A stretch of DNA of 64,000 bases from Chloroflexota bacterium. GTDB taxonomy: Bacteria; Chloroflexota; Dehalococcoidia; UBA2979. The first letter of the stretch is position 1. Every line of letters begins with the position of its first letter. The notes under the pieces are model-generated. The model saw only the letters and a list, made by a program, of their open reading frames with translations. It did not search any database and was not told the DNA's origin. Positions 48,378-58,420 of this stretch are shown here, in pieces. Made by a program: the position numbers and the translations under genes. The stretch is from assembly GCA_027593235.1 (NCBI GenBank), contig JAQCIU010000004.1, positions 77,581 through 141,580 of the forward strand, read 5' to 3'.

Positions 48378-49051
48378 GCCGCACGATCCGAATCGCCCCC
48401 TCGATCCTGACAGCCGACTTCGGCCACCTCGCGGATCAGGTCCGCGCGGCCGAGGCGGCGGGCGTCGATCTGATGCACCTCGATGTCATGGACGGGCACT
48501 TCGTCCCGCCACTCAGTTTCGGCACGGAGGTCGTCGCCGCCGTACGTGCCGCGACCGCGCTCCCGATCGAGGTGCACCTGATGGTCGAACGCCCCGGCGA
48601 GCACTTCGAGGGATTCGCGCAGGCCGGTGCCGCCACGCAGATCTTCCACTACGAGGCGGCGGGTTCGCTCGAGGCCTCGCACGCCCTCATCGAGCAGCTC
48701 CGGACGCTCGGCTGCACGCCAGCGCTAGCAGTGAACCCCGAGACTGCCCTCGAGGAGTTCGAGGCGCTGATCCCGGAGCTGGCCCAGGTGACGGTGATGA
48801 CGATTCGTCCCGGCTGGGGCGGTCAGAGCCTGCGCGAGGATCTGCTGACCAAGGTCACGGCGGTCCGCGCCGCGGCGGACGCTGCGGGCCTCGAACGCTT
48901 CGTCGTCGAGATCGACGGAGGGGTGAAGGCGCACAACATCGCGCAGTGCGTGCACGCCGGGGCGGATCTGCTGGTTGCCGGATCCGCCGTGTTCAACGAC
49001 CGGCAAACGCCAGCGGAAGCGGCCGCCGAGCTGCGGGCGGCCCTCGCCTAG
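48374..49051 (+). CDS. rpe: Ribulose-phosphate 3-epimerase
   Basis: IAPSILTADF, HLDVMDGHFVP, EVHLM, IDGG, VAGSA. Confidence 0.93.
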   Translation: MSRTIRIAPSILTADFGHLADQVRAAEAAGVDLMHLDVMDGHFVPPLSFGTEVVAAVRAATALPIEVHLMVERPGEHFEGFAQAGAATQIFHYEAAGSLEASHALIEQLRTLGCTPALAVNPETALEEFEALIPELAQVTVMTIRPGWGGQSLREDLLTKVTAVRAAADAAGLERFVVEIDGGVKAHNIAQCVHAGADLLVAGSAVFNDRQTPAEAAAELRAALA

Positions 49052-49061
49052 CGCCGGTGGG

Positions 49062-49436
49062 CTAGATCCAGGCATCCTCGGCGGTCAGTTCGCTCCGCGT
49101 CTCGTCGCCGGTATTCACGGTCCCCGCTGGTTCCAGCATCACGAACTCGCACTCCTCGGCGGCGAGCGGGGCATGCTCAACCCCGCGCGGAACCACGAAG
49201 AACTCGCCGGCCGCGATCGCTGCGTCATCGCGGTCGCGCATCCGGATCGTGAGCGAACCGTGGATCACGAGGAAGAACTCGTCGGTTTCCTCGTGGACGT
49301 GCCAGGGGAAGTCGCCCTGCCCCTTCGCTATCTTCAGATGCAGGTCATTGACCTGACCGACGATCCGCGGCGACCAGTGCTCCCTGATGAGCGCGAGCTT
49401 CCGGTCCAGATTCACGACCCTGTCCGGCGCGGCCAT
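49062..49436 (-). CDS. Cupin domain protein
   Basis: HWSPRIV, WHVHEETDEFF, VPRGVEH. Confidence 0.85.
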   Translation of the reverse strand: MAAPDRVVNLDRKLALIREHWSPRIVGQVNDLHLKIAKGQGDFPWHVHEETDEFFLVIHGSLTIRMRDRDDAAIAAGEFFVVPRGVEHAPLAAEECEFVMLEPAGTVNTGDETRSELTAEDAWI

Positions 49437-49455
49437 CTTGCCTCCTGGGGTACGA

Positions 49456-49482
49456 AAAACGCCCGGTGCTACCGGGCGTTTT
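49456..49482. terminator. Terminator downstream of rpmB (symmetric A/T flanks)
   Basis: AAAACGCCCGGT-gct-ACCGGGCGTTTT. Confidence 0.8.
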
Positions 49483-49506
49483 GGGTTCGGTCTGCGAGCG
49501 TACCGC

Positions 49507-49737
49507 CTAGTACGGAACGCCCTTTTCCTGCATGTGCTTCATCTCGGTGCGCAGGTACCGCGCGTCCACTCTGACGCGCTGCCACTTGCCGTCCACGAAC
49601 ATGCGCTTCACCTGGACGTTCGGCTTGAACTGCCGGCTCGTCTTCGGGGCTTTGCGCGCCCAGGCACCGGAGTGCTTGTGGCGGATCTGCCGTCCAAAGG
49701 CGGTCTGCTTCTTCCCGAGGCGCGGGAGTCCGGACAT
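49507..49737 (-). CDS. rpmB: 50S ribosomal protein L28 (no Cys)
   Basis: GKK.AFGRQIRH...TSRQFKPNVQ...RVRV.ARYLRT; GGAG RBS. Confidence 0.85.
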   Translation of the reverse strand: MSGLPRLGKKQTAFGRQIRHKHSGAWARKAPKTSRQFKPNVQVKRMFVDGKWQRVRVDARYLRTEMKHMQEKGVPY

Positions 49738-49855
49738 CGTCTGCTCCAGGTTGTTGTGGGCTCCGCGCGTTGCGGGCGTCCGAAAAGCCTAGCAATGACC
49801 GGCCTCCGAGTCCATGCGGGAACCTCGAGGGGCCGGCACCGGTAGTATCAGCCCC

Positions 49856-50794
49856 ATGGCCCTCGAAACACCACTCGCGACCGTGATGCTCGCTTCAGAC
49901 CCGCAGTTCGGGATGTATCGCGCGCAGCTCGACACCGCGATCCGGCGTAGGGACCGCCTCGCCGAGAGTGGGCAAAGCGACCCGATCTTCGATGACCTGC
50001 CCGATATCACCTTCGAACGCGAAACGCTGCTGGCGCGCGAAACGATCGAGGCCGCGAACCGGCTCAAGCCCGACGCGCTCATTGTCTGCGGCGACATGGT
50101 GAACGACTGCGACAGCGACGAACAGCGGGACCTCGCGCTCGGGATGGCCGATGCGCTCGACCCCGCGATCGAGTTGGTCTGGGTCACCGGAAATCACGAT
50201 GTCGCGCAAAACGCCTACGACCCGACGGAGGACGCACTCCGCCGCTATCGAGCGACGTTCGGCGACGATCGCTACGCACGGTCGATCGAGGGCGTTCGCC
50301 TGATCGTCCTGAACAGCACGGCGATTCACAGCGACGCGCTGCCGGACGAGCGCGCGTCCAACCTCGCGTTCCTCGAAACCGAGCTGGTCGCCGCTCGCGC
50401 GAGCGGCGAGTATCCGGTCGTGTGCTCCCACCACCCGTGGTTCCTGCGGACACCCGACGAGGTCGCTCGAAATCCCGCGACCGGCATGGCGATCCCGCCC
50501 GCGCCCAGGCGGATGCTGCTCGACATCGCCGAGGCCGGCGGGCTGCGAACGCTGCTGACCGGCCACATGCATCAGCACATGACGCGGCAGACAGGCGTCC
50601 TGGAGCAGATCACCACGAGTTCGATCGGGTTGCCGCTCGGCGCCAGCCCGTCCGGGTACCAGGTGGTGCGCGTCTACGCAGACCGAGTGGAGCACGAGGC
50701 GCATGACCTGCCATCTGGTCCGGCGCTGCAGCCGGAGGCGGCGCGGATCTGGGCGGCACGGGCGTTTCAGGCCCCGGTCGACCTGTTCGCCTAG
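49856..50794 (+). CDS. Calcineurin-like metallophosphoesterase (CPPED1-like)
   Basis: SDPQFG, CGDMVN, GNHD, HHP, GHMH. Confidence 0.85.
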   Translation: MALETPLATVMLASDPQFGMYRAQLDTAIRRRDRLAESGQSDPIFDDLPDITFERETLLARETIEAANRLKPDALIVCGDMVNDCDSDEQRDLALGMADALDPAIELVWVTGNHDVAQNAYDPTEDALRRYRATFGDDRYARSIEGVRLIVLNSTAIHSDALPDERASNLAFLETELVAARASGEYPVVCSHHPWFLRTPDEVARNPATGMAIPPAPRRMLLDIAEAGGLRTLLTGHMHQHMTRQTGVLEQITTSSIGLPLGASPSGYQVVRVYADRVEHEAHDLPSGPALQPEAARIWAARAFQAPVDLFA

Positions 50795-50880
50795 CTCGCC
50801 GCTCCCCGCTTGCCCGGTAAGATGGGCGTATCTCCCCACCTGAAGGATGCGCATGACGGACGCTCGCCGGAACGGCCGCG

Positions 50881-53502
50881 ATGAGCGCTGACCTGAGCCA
50901 GCTTGGCACCGTGTTGTCGCGCGAATTCGAGGCCGGAGCCGACGACGCCCTGGTCGAAGGCGGCCTCGATGAGTTGCTGCGCCGCCAGGCGCGCGACGAG
51001 CAGCCGGGGTCGCCGCTGCTGCGCATGGTGGCGGCGCTCCCTGCCTCGGGCTACCGCTCGCTCGACGAGGATGACCGACGAGTCTGGCTTCGCCGCGCGC
51101 TGGCGACGATCCGGCGCGAGGAAGCGCTAACCCAGGAGCCGCCCCGCGGCAGCGGTCGCTCCGGCAACGGTCGCTCGGGGGCGAACGGACGTGCTCCGCG
51201 CGCCGCGGGCAGCGCTGACGAGGCCCGCCCAGCCGCTCCGCGCGCCCGACCGCCCTCAAAGCCGCGCCCGAAGGCCGCAGCGCCCAGCACCCCAACCCGC
51301 AAAGCAACGCCATCGAAGCGGGCCGCCGACGTTCCGGTCTCCCAGACGCCGGCCGGTACTCGCCAGCTCGGCCTCGAACTGTCGATCGAGAACGCCGGGA
51401 CGCGGCTCGGCAAGGCGAACCTGACTCGCCTCGAGAAGCTGGGCATCCACACCGTGGCCGACGCGCTGCGCCACTTCCCGACGCGGCACCAGGACTTCTC
51501 GAAGACTGTGCCGATCACCCAGCTCCAGATCGACCAAGAGCAGACGATCCGCGGTGTCGTCGACCGCGCGCGCGAGGTCCGGATGGGCCGCGGCGGCCGG
51601 ATGCGCTCCACCGAGGCCTCGATCAGCGATGAGTCGGGCGCTTCGATCCGCGTGACCTGGTTCAACCAGCCGTTCATCGCGAAGTCGCTGCCCGCTGGCA
51701 CGCCGATCGCCATCGCCGGACGCGTGACCGTCTTCCGAGGGCACACCACCTTCCAGAACCCGGAGTTCGAGCGCGTCGAGCTGAACGCGGACGGCACCCA
51801 CACCGGCCGTCTCGTTCCGGTCTACCCGCTGACCGCCGGTCTGCCGCAGCGCACGCTCCGCGGCATGATCGCCAACCTGCTCGAACGCTACGGCGACCGC
51901 CTCGAAGATCCGCTGCCCGCGCGCATCCGCGAGCGCCACGAACTCCTCGGGTATGCCGAAGCGGTGCGGCAGATCCACTACCCGGACAGCGAGGAGCAGC
52001 TGGCCGCGGCGCGCCGCCGGCTCGCCTTCGACGAACTGCTCGCGATCCAGGTGGGCGTGCAGACGCGCAAACGGGAATGGCAGATCAGCGGCGACGCGCC
52101 GTTCGTCGAGGATCACGCGCTGGCCGACACCTTCCTCGGTACGTTGCCCTTCACGCTCACCGGTGCGCAGGAACGCGTGCTCCGCGAGGTGCGCGACGAC
52201 ATGGCCCGCACCGTCCCGATGTCGCGCCTGCTCGAGGGTGACGTCGGGTCGGGGAAGACGGTCGTCGCGCTGTCGGCGATGCTCGATCTGGTCTCCGCCG
52301 GCTACCAGACGGTGATGATGGCCCCCACCGAGGTGCTGGCGGAGCAGCACTTTCGCACGCTCTGCAAGCTGCTCTCGGGCGAGGCGGAGCCGCCGCTGAG
52401 TGGCCTCGTGCAGCTTCCCGGGCGCACGGTGAAGATCGTGCTGCTCACCGGCTCAACGAAGGCAAAGCAACGTCGCGACGCGCTTGAGGCGATCAAGCAC
52501 GGCGGCGCGCAGATCATCGTGGGTACGCACGCGCTGATCCAGGAAGGGGTGGTCTACAGCCGCCTCGGCCTCGCGGTCGTGGACGAGCAGCACCGCTTCG
52601 GCGTGCTGCAACGGGGCGAGCTACGCCGTCGCGGTGCGACCGCCGCGGGCGAGGCGCACACGCCACACCTCCTCGTGATGTCGGCGACGCCGATCCCGCG
52701 CTCGCTCGCGCTGACGGTGTTCGGCGACCTCGATCTGTCGGTGATCGACGAGATGCCTCCGGGGCGGACACCGATCGAGACGAAGTGGCTCACGCCGATC
52801 GAGCGGGCGACGGCGTTCGCGCACGTGCGCCGCGAGATCGACGCAGGCCGCCAGGCGTTTGTGATCTGCCCGCTGGTCGAGGACTCGGCCACCATCGAGT
52901 CGCGCGCGGCGACCGAGGAGTACGAGCGGCTGCGCCACGAGGAGTACCCGGATCTCGCCGACCGGATTGCGCTCCTGCACGGTCGCATGTCCTCGAAGGA
53001 GAAAGACTCCGTGATGCGCGCCTTTGCCGCCCATGAGACGGACATCCTCGTCGCCACGGCCGTCGTCGAGGTTGGCATCGACATCCCCAACGCGACGGCG
53101 ATGGTGATCGAGGGTGCGGACCGCTTCGGCCTCGCGCAGCTCCACCAGTTCCGCGGGCGTGTCGGGCGAGGCGAACACCCCTCGGCCTGCTTCCTGCTCT
53201 CGGACGACCCATCGGAGGACGCGCAGGAGCGCCTCTCGGTAATAGAGAACACCTCGGATGGCTTCGCGCTGGCGCAGGCCGACCTCGAGCTACGCGGGCC
53301 CGGCGACCTCTACGGGACGGCACAGAGCGGCATGCCGACGTTGCGCGTCGCCTCGTTGCTGGACGCGCCGCTGATCGACGCGACACGCCGCGAGGCGGAG
53401 GAGTTGATCGCGCTCGACCCGGAGCTCAAGTCGCCGGAACACCAGGCGCTCCGCTACTCGATCGCCGAGCGCACCGCGGAGCTCGTCGCCGAGCAGCACT
53501 GA
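50881..53502 (+). CDS. recG: ATP-dependent DNA helicase RecG with N-terminal extension
   Basis: wedge domain WFNQP, GDVGSGKT, DEQHRFG, SATPIPR, QFRGRVGR. Confidence 0.95.
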   Translation: MSADLSQLGTVLSREFEAGADDALVEGGLDELLRRQARDEQPGSPLLRMVAALPASGYRSLDEDDRRVWLRRALATIRREEALTQEPPRGSGRSGNGRSGANGRAPRAAGSADEARPAAPRARPPSKPRPKAAAPSTPTRKATPSKRAADVPVSQTPAGTRQLGLELSIENAGTRLGKANLTRLEKLGIHTVADALRHFPTRHQDFSKTVPITQLQIDQEQTIRGVVDRAREVRMGRGGRMRSTEASISDESGASIRVTWFNQPFIAKSLPAGTPIAIAGRVTVFRGHTTFQNPEFERVELNADGTHTGRLVPVYPLTAGLPQRTLRGMIANLLERYGDRLEDPLPARIRERHELLGYAEAVRQIHYPDSEEQLAAARRRLAFDELLAIQVGVQTRKREWQISGDAPFVEDHALADTFLGTLPFTLTGAQERVLREVRDDMARTVPMSRLLEGDVGSGKTVVALSAMLDLVSAGYQTVMMAPTEVLAEQHFRTLCKLLSGEAEPPLSGLVQLPGRTVKIVLLTGSTKAKQRRDALEAIKHGGAQIIVGTHALIQEGVVYSRLGLAVVDEQHRFGVLQRGELRRRGATAAGEAHTPHLLVMSATPIPRSLALTVFGDLDLSVIDEMPPGRTPIETKWLTPIERATAFAHVRREIDAGRQAFVICPLVEDSATIESRAATEEYERLRHEEYPDLADRIALLHGRMSSKEKDSVMRAFAAHETDILVATAVVEVGIDIPNATAMVIEGADRFGLAQLHQFRGRVGRGEHPSACFLLSDDPSEDAQERLSVIENTSDGFALAQADLELRGPGDLYGTAQSGMPTLRVASLLDAPLIDATRREAEELIALDPELKSPEHQALRYSIAERTAELVAEQH

Positions 53503-53519
53503 TCGGACGTACCGCTTTC

Positions 53520-54137
53520 ATGCCCAGTGCACGCCGTATCGCCCGCATCCGCGCAGTTCTGGAACGTCGCCAAAACGACCTCTCGGTGGTGATCGAGAAC
53601 GTCTGGGATCCACACAACGCCTCGGCGATCGTGCGCAGCGCGGACGGCTTCGCCGCCGGGACGGTGCACCTGCTCTACACGATCGAGGAGGCGCCCGACC
53701 TGTCGAGCGGCGTCTCCGCCTACACCGACAAGTGGACGAACCTCGAGCGCCACGACAGCACGACTGAGCTGGTCGCGGCGCTGCGCGAGCGCGGCCAGCG
53801 CATCTTTGCGACGCACGTCGACGAGGGCGCCCGCGACTACCTCGATGTCGACTGGACGCAGCCGGTCGCGCTTGCCCTCGGCAACGAGCAGCGTGGGACC
53901 TCGGAAGAGCTGCTCGCGCTGGCGGACGAACGCATCTACGTCCCAATGCTCGGCTTCGCGCAGTCCTTCAACGTCTCCGTTGCCGCAGCCGTCATCCTCG
54001 CCGAGGCCGCCCGCCAGCGCCGAGTGGCCGGGCTCCTCGAGGCGACGTGGAGCGAAGCGAAGCAGCGGCTGTTCGAGTACTGGATCGCGCGCGACGAGGC
54101 CCGCGAACAGCGGCGACCGCCGCCGGAAGCACCGTGA
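53520..54137 (+). CDS. trmH: tRNA Gm18 2'-O-methyltransferase (SpoU)
   Basis: DPHNASAIVRSAD, GNEQRG, SFNVSVA. Confidence 0.85.
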   Translation: MPSARRIARIRAVLERRQNDLSVVIENVWDPHNASAIVRSADGFAAGTVHLLYTIEEAPDLSSGVSAYTDKWTNLERHDSTTELVAALRERGQRIFATHVDEGARDYLDVDWTQPVALALGNEQRGTSEELLALADERIYVPMLGFAQSFNVSVAAAVILAEAARQRRVAGLLEATWSEAKQRLFEYWIARDEAREQRRPPPEAP

Positions 54138-54187
54138 GCGCACCGCGGCTGTGACGCGACGCGTTACGCTCGGTTGAGGAGGCGACG

Positions 54188-54697
54188 ATGCGCCGATCAC
54201 GTCACGAACGGTCCGAGGATGACGAGCAGCCCGTCGCCAAGCGTCGTTCCCGCTTCGCCCGACTGGGGCGCTGGTTCCTGATCCTCAATGCGCTGTTCTC
54301 GTTGGCCGTCGCGCTCTACATGAAGGTCACGCACCGTTCCGTAGGTGACGAGGAAAGCGACGAGGTCGACCTCGTCACCATCTTCGACGGGCTCGATCTG
54401 GCGAGCCGCGCGACCGCGTTCCGCGGCGGGTCGTGGATCGCGATGTTCGGCGGCGGCGAGTTGGACCTCCGAGGCGTCACGCTCGACCCGAGCGGGGCAA
54501 CGCTACGCGTGCGCGCGATCATGGGCGGCGGCGACATCCAGGTCCCGGACGACTGGAACATCGAGCTGACCTCGAAAGCGATCATGGGTGGGGCGGCGAC
54601 GCACCGTCCGCGCGCCTCGACGGACCCCTACGCGCCGACGCTCCGCATCGAGGCGCGGTCGCTGATGGGTGGTTTCGGCGTGACGAGTGGGGATTAG
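54188..54697 (+). CDS. LiaF/DUF2154-like membrane-anchored protein
   Basis: TM then FGGGELDLR, IMGGGDIQVP. Confidence 0.7.
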   Translation: MRRSRHERSEDDEQPVAKRRSRFARLGRWFLILNALFSLAVALYMKVTHRSVGDEESDEVDLVTIFDGLDLASRATAFRGGSWIAMFGGGELDLRGVTLDPSGATLRVRAIMGGGDIQVPDDWNIELTSKAIMGGAATHRPRASTDPYAPTLRIEARSLMGGFGVTSGD

Positions 54698-54829
54698 CCC
54701 TCGCACCTCGCCTCGCCCGCCCTCTGGCGCCGCGATACACTCGCCCCGAAACCGACGCCTTGAGCTAGAACGGCGCAGCCGGCGACCGGCGGGCCGCGCG
54801 ACGTTCCGAGGTACACACGAGGTCCGCAC

Positions 54830-56491
54830 GTGATTCGCGACGAGATTCGAACACTCGTGGAGCAGGCACTGGTTGCCGCCCAGGCCGCCGGCGACATCCC
54901 CCAGTTCGCCGGGCCCGAGGTGACGGTCGAGCACCCGCAGCGCCCTGAGCACGGCGACTTCTCTGCCAACCTGCCGCTCCGCATCCAGGGCCTCGCGAAG
55001 ATGAAGGCGATCGAGGTGGCCGAGGCGCTGCGCAAGCACGTCCCCGCCCACGAGGCGGTCTCCAACGTCACCGTTGCGCCACCCGGGTTCCTCAACCTGT
55101 ACCTGGACGCCGGCTGGGTGACCCGCCAGATCGCGCCGATCATCGCCGCCGGCGCTGACTACGCAGCGTCCACCCGCTTCGCCGGGCAGCGTGCCCAGCT
55201 TGAATACGTCTCCGCGAACCCGACCGGCCCGATCCACGTCGGCAACGGCCGGGGCGCCGCCATCGGCTCGACGCTCGCGAACGTGATGCGCGCCGCCGGC
55301 TACGAGGTGGAGCAGGAGTATTACGTCAACGACGCCGGGACGCAGGTCGCGATCTTTGGCCGCACGCTCTACGCCCGCTACCAGCAGCTCTTCGGTCGCA
55401 AGGTCTCGATCCCGGAGAACGGGTATCCCGGCGACTACATGATCGAGCTGGCCGAGGCTGTCCGCGACCAGCACGGAGACGCGTTCCTCCGTCCCGAGGG
55501 CGAAGAGGGCGACCCACAGCTCGGGCAGATCGGCATCGACCTGCAGGTCGCGAGCATCCGCGAGGATCTCGCCGGCATGGGGGTGGTGTACGACCGCTGG
55601 TTCTCCGAGCGCTCGCTCATGACCGAGGGCGGTCCGTACGACGGCGTGCTCAAGCTGCTGCGTGACCAGGGCTACGTGGCCGAACGCGACGGCGCCGTCT
55701 GGTTCACCTCCACTGAGGTCGGCGAGTCGAAGGACAACGTGCTGATCCGGTCCGACGGGCAGCCGACCTACTACGCCACCGACATCGCGTACCACTACGA
55801 CAAGTTCGTGACGCGCGGCTTCGACCGCGTGATCGACATCTGGGGCGCCGACCACCAGGGCCACGTCTCGCGCGTGAAGGCCGGCGTCGGCGCGGTGGGC
55901 GGCAATCCCGAGGCGCTCGACATCCTGCTCTACCAGCTCGTCACCCTGAAGCGTGACGGGCAGATCGTGATGCTCTCGAAGCGAGCCGGTGAGATCGTCA
56001 CGCTGCGCGACGTGATCGACGAGGTTGGCGCGGACGCCACCCGCTTCTTCTTCCTCAGCCCGTCCGCGAACCAGACGATGGACTTCGACCTCGATCTGGC
56101 GAAGAAGCAGTCCGACGAGAACCCGGTCTACTACGTGCAGTACGCGCACGCGCGCATCGCCGGAATCATCGACAAGGCGCGCGAGGAGGGTCTCTCCTCC
56201 GCGGGTGCCGACGCTTCGCTGCTCGTCCACGACGCGGAGCAGACGCTGGTTCGCAAACTGCTGCTGCTTCCCGAGGTGCTCGAGACCGTGGTCGACGACC
56301 TCGCTCCGCACCCGCTCGCGCACTACGCGCAGGAGCTGGCGCAGTCGTTCCACACCTTCTACACGCAGTGTCGTGTGATCGGCGACGACCCGGAGCTGAC
56401 GCGCGCCCGCTTGCTGCTGCTCGAGGCGGCACGGGTCGCCCTCGCGCGCACGCTGACACTGTTGGGCATCTCCACACCGGATCAGATGTAG
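54830..56491 (+). CDS. argS: Arginine-tRNA ligase
   Basis: HGDFS.N, SANPTGPIHVGNGR, WGADH, NPVYYVQYAHAR. Confidence 0.95.
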   Translation: MIRDEIRTLVEQALVAAQAAGDIPQFAGPEVTVEHPQRPEHGDFSANLPLRIQGLAKMKAIEVAEALRKHVPAHEAVSNVTVAPPGFLNLYLDAGWVTRQIAPIIAAGADYAASTRFAGQRAQLEYVSANPTGPIHVGNGRGAAIGSTLANVMRAAGYEVEQEYYVNDAGTQVAIFGRTLYARYQQLFGRKVSIPENGYPGDYMIELAEAVRDQHGDAFLRPEGEEGDPQLGQIGIDLQVASIREDLAGMGVVYDRWFSERSLMTEGGPYDGVLKLLRDQGYVAERDGAVWFTSTEVGESKDNVLIRSDGQPTYYATDIAYHYDKFVTRGFDRVIDIWGADHQGHVSRVKAGVGAVGGNPEALDILLYQLVTLKRDGQIVMLSKRAGEIVTLRDVIDEVGADATRFFFLSPSANQTMDFDLDLAKKQSDENPVYYVQYAHARIAGIIDKAREEGLSSAGADASLLVHDAEQTLVRKLLLLPEVLETVVDDLAPHPLAHYAQELAQSFHTFYTQCRVIGDDPELTRARLLLLEAARVALARTLTLLGISTPDQM

Positions 56492-56505
56492 GCGAGCTTC
56501 CCCCG

Positions 56506-57516
56506 ATGACTGACCTGAAACCCCGCATCATGACCGGGATGCGACCGACCGGGTCGCTCCACCTCGGCCACTTCGGCGGCGCGCTCGAAAACTGGATCAA
56601 GCTCCAGCACGAGTACGACGCCTTCTTCCTGATCGCCGACTACCAGGTCTCCGACTACGCCGACCGGATCGACGACGTCCGTAGCTGGGTGATGGAGGTC
56701 GCGATCGACTGGCTTTCGGTCGGGCTTGATCCGGAGATCTCCAACTTCGGGATCGAAAGCCTGGTACCCGAGCACGCCGAACTCACCACGTGGTTGAGCT
56801 GGTGGGTGCCGCTTGGCCGTCTTCAGCGAAACCCGACACTGAAGTCCGAGATGGACGACATCGGCGAGTCGGTGCCGGTCGCCTTCTTCACCTACCCGGT
56901 GATGCAAACGGCGAACATCCTAATGCCGCGCTCGCACCTGGTGCCCGTCGGCGAGGACCAGCTTCCGCACATCGAGATGACCCGCGAGGTCGCGCGTCGC
57001 TTCAACCGCCTGTTCGGCGAGGGCGAAGAGATCTTCCCGGTGCCGAAGGGGCTCGTCGGCCGCGTCCCGCGCCTCGTCGGGACCGACGGACCAGACACGA
57101 AGATGAGCAAGTCGAAGAACAACGCGATCTGGCTCAAGGACGACGCCGAGACGGTGATCGCGAAGGTCCGCTCGATGTACACCGACCCGACGCGCCTCCG
57201 TGCGACCGATCCGGGACACGTCGAGGGCAATCCGGTCTTCATGTACCACGACGCGTTCAACCCGGACGAGGATGAGGTCAACGACCTCAAGGAGCGCTAC
57301 CTCCTCGGTACCGTCGGCGACGTCGAGGTGAAGACCAAGCTCGCCGCGGCGCTCAACACGATGATGGAACCGTGGCGCGAGCGCCGCGCCCACTTCGAGG
57401 CGCACCCGGAGCTGGTACGCGAGGCGCTGGCCGCCGGCACCGATCGCTATCGCGCCTCGGCGCAGGCGACGATGGAGCGGGTGCGGCACGCGCTGAAGCT
57501 CAACTACCTCGGGTAG
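56506..57516 (+). CDS. trpS: Tryptophan-tRNA ligase
   Basis: TGMRPTGSLHLGH, VPVGEDQ, KMSKS. Confidence 0.95.
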   Translation: MTDLKPRIMTGMRPTGSLHLGHFGGALENWIKLQHEYDAFFLIADYQVSDYADRIDDVRSWVMEVAIDWLSVGLDPEISNFGIESLVPEHAELTTWLSWWVPLGRLQRNPTLKSEMDDIGESVPVAFFTYPVMQTANILMPRSHLVPVGEDQLPHIEMTREVARRFNRLFGEGEEIFPVPKGLVGRVPRLVGTDGPDTKMSKSKNNAIWLKDDAETVIAKVRSMYTDPTRLRATDPGHVEGNPVFMYHDAFNPDEDEVNDLKERYLLGTVGDVEVKTKLAAALNTMMEPWRERRAHFEAHPELVREALAAGTDRYRASAQATMERVRHALKLNYLG

Positions 57517-57581
57517 CTGCTCCGCTCCGCGCGCGGCCGGTACGATCGAAGCCGTCGAGGCGCGACCGCGAGGGAATCACC

Positions 57582-58376
57582 GTGACCCCAGCTAGCTGGT
57601 TCGATGATGTGGCGGAGGTCTACGACCGCGTCCGCCCCCTCTACCCCGACCGCCTCTACTCCGACCTGTTCAATTACATCGGCGGCGACGCGGAAGAGCC
57701 CGCCACGCTGGCGACGGTTGAGATCGGCCCCGGGACCGGGCAGGCGACCGGCGCGTTGCTGAAGCGTGGCGCCACCGTGGCCGCCGTGGAGCCGGGCCCG
57801 CACCTCGCGGTCTTCCTCCGCCAGAAGTTCGCTGATGAGGCGCGCCTCGTGGTGATCAACGAACGGTTCGAGGACGCGCCACTGCCCGCGGAGATGGCCG
57901 ACCTGATCTTCGCCGCCACCTCGTTTCACTGGGTGGACGCGGACCTTCGCTACCCCAAGGTGCTCTCGCTGCTCCGACCGGGTGGCGTGCTGGCGATCGT
58001 GCACCCGCACCAAATCCCATCCGAGGTCGATCGGGGCTACTTCGCCGCGTCGCAGCCGATCTACGACCGCTACTTCCCCGGCGTGGAGTGGAACGACCTC
58101 CTCGACCCCGAGGTCACCCCGCCCGAGGTAGCCGAGATCATCGACACGCAAGCGTTCGAGCAGGTCGAGCTGTTCCGCTATCGCTTCGATCAGCGGTACA
58201 CCACCAGCGAGTACATCGACCTCGTGCGCTCCTACTCCGGCACGAACCAGCTGAAGCCGGACGCGCGCGAGGAATTCCTCGCGGACCTCACCACGTTCAT
58301 CGACGCGGAGTTCGAGGGGTACGTGATCCGGCCGCTGGTGCTGACCCTGGTACTCGGCAGGAAGATCGCCAGCTAG
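57582..58376 (+). CDS. Class I SAM-dependent methyltransferase
   Basis: FDDVAEVYDRVRP.YP, EIGPGTG, ATSFHW. Confidence 0.85.
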   Translation: MTPASWFDDVAEVYDRVRPLYPDRLYSDLFNYIGGDAEEPATLATVEIGPGTGQATGALLKRGATVAAVEPGPHLAVFLRQKFADEARLVVINERFEDAPLPAEMADLIFAATSFHWVDADLRYPKVLSLLRPGGVLAIVHPHQIPSEVDRGYFAASQPIYDRYFPGVEWNDLLDPEVTPPEVAEIIDTQAFEQVELFRYRFDQRYTTSEYIDLVRSYSGTNQLKPDAREEFLADLTTFIDAEFEGYVIRPLVLTLVLGRKIAS

Positions 58377-58420
58377 CGGAAACCGGCGGCCCGTATCATG
58401 CGCGCGCAACGGAGGCGCGC

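Noticed and set aside
54698-54829. T-box leader ahead of argS/trpS
   Set aside because: Too short, and no T-box (TGGNACCGCG) motif or terminator seen
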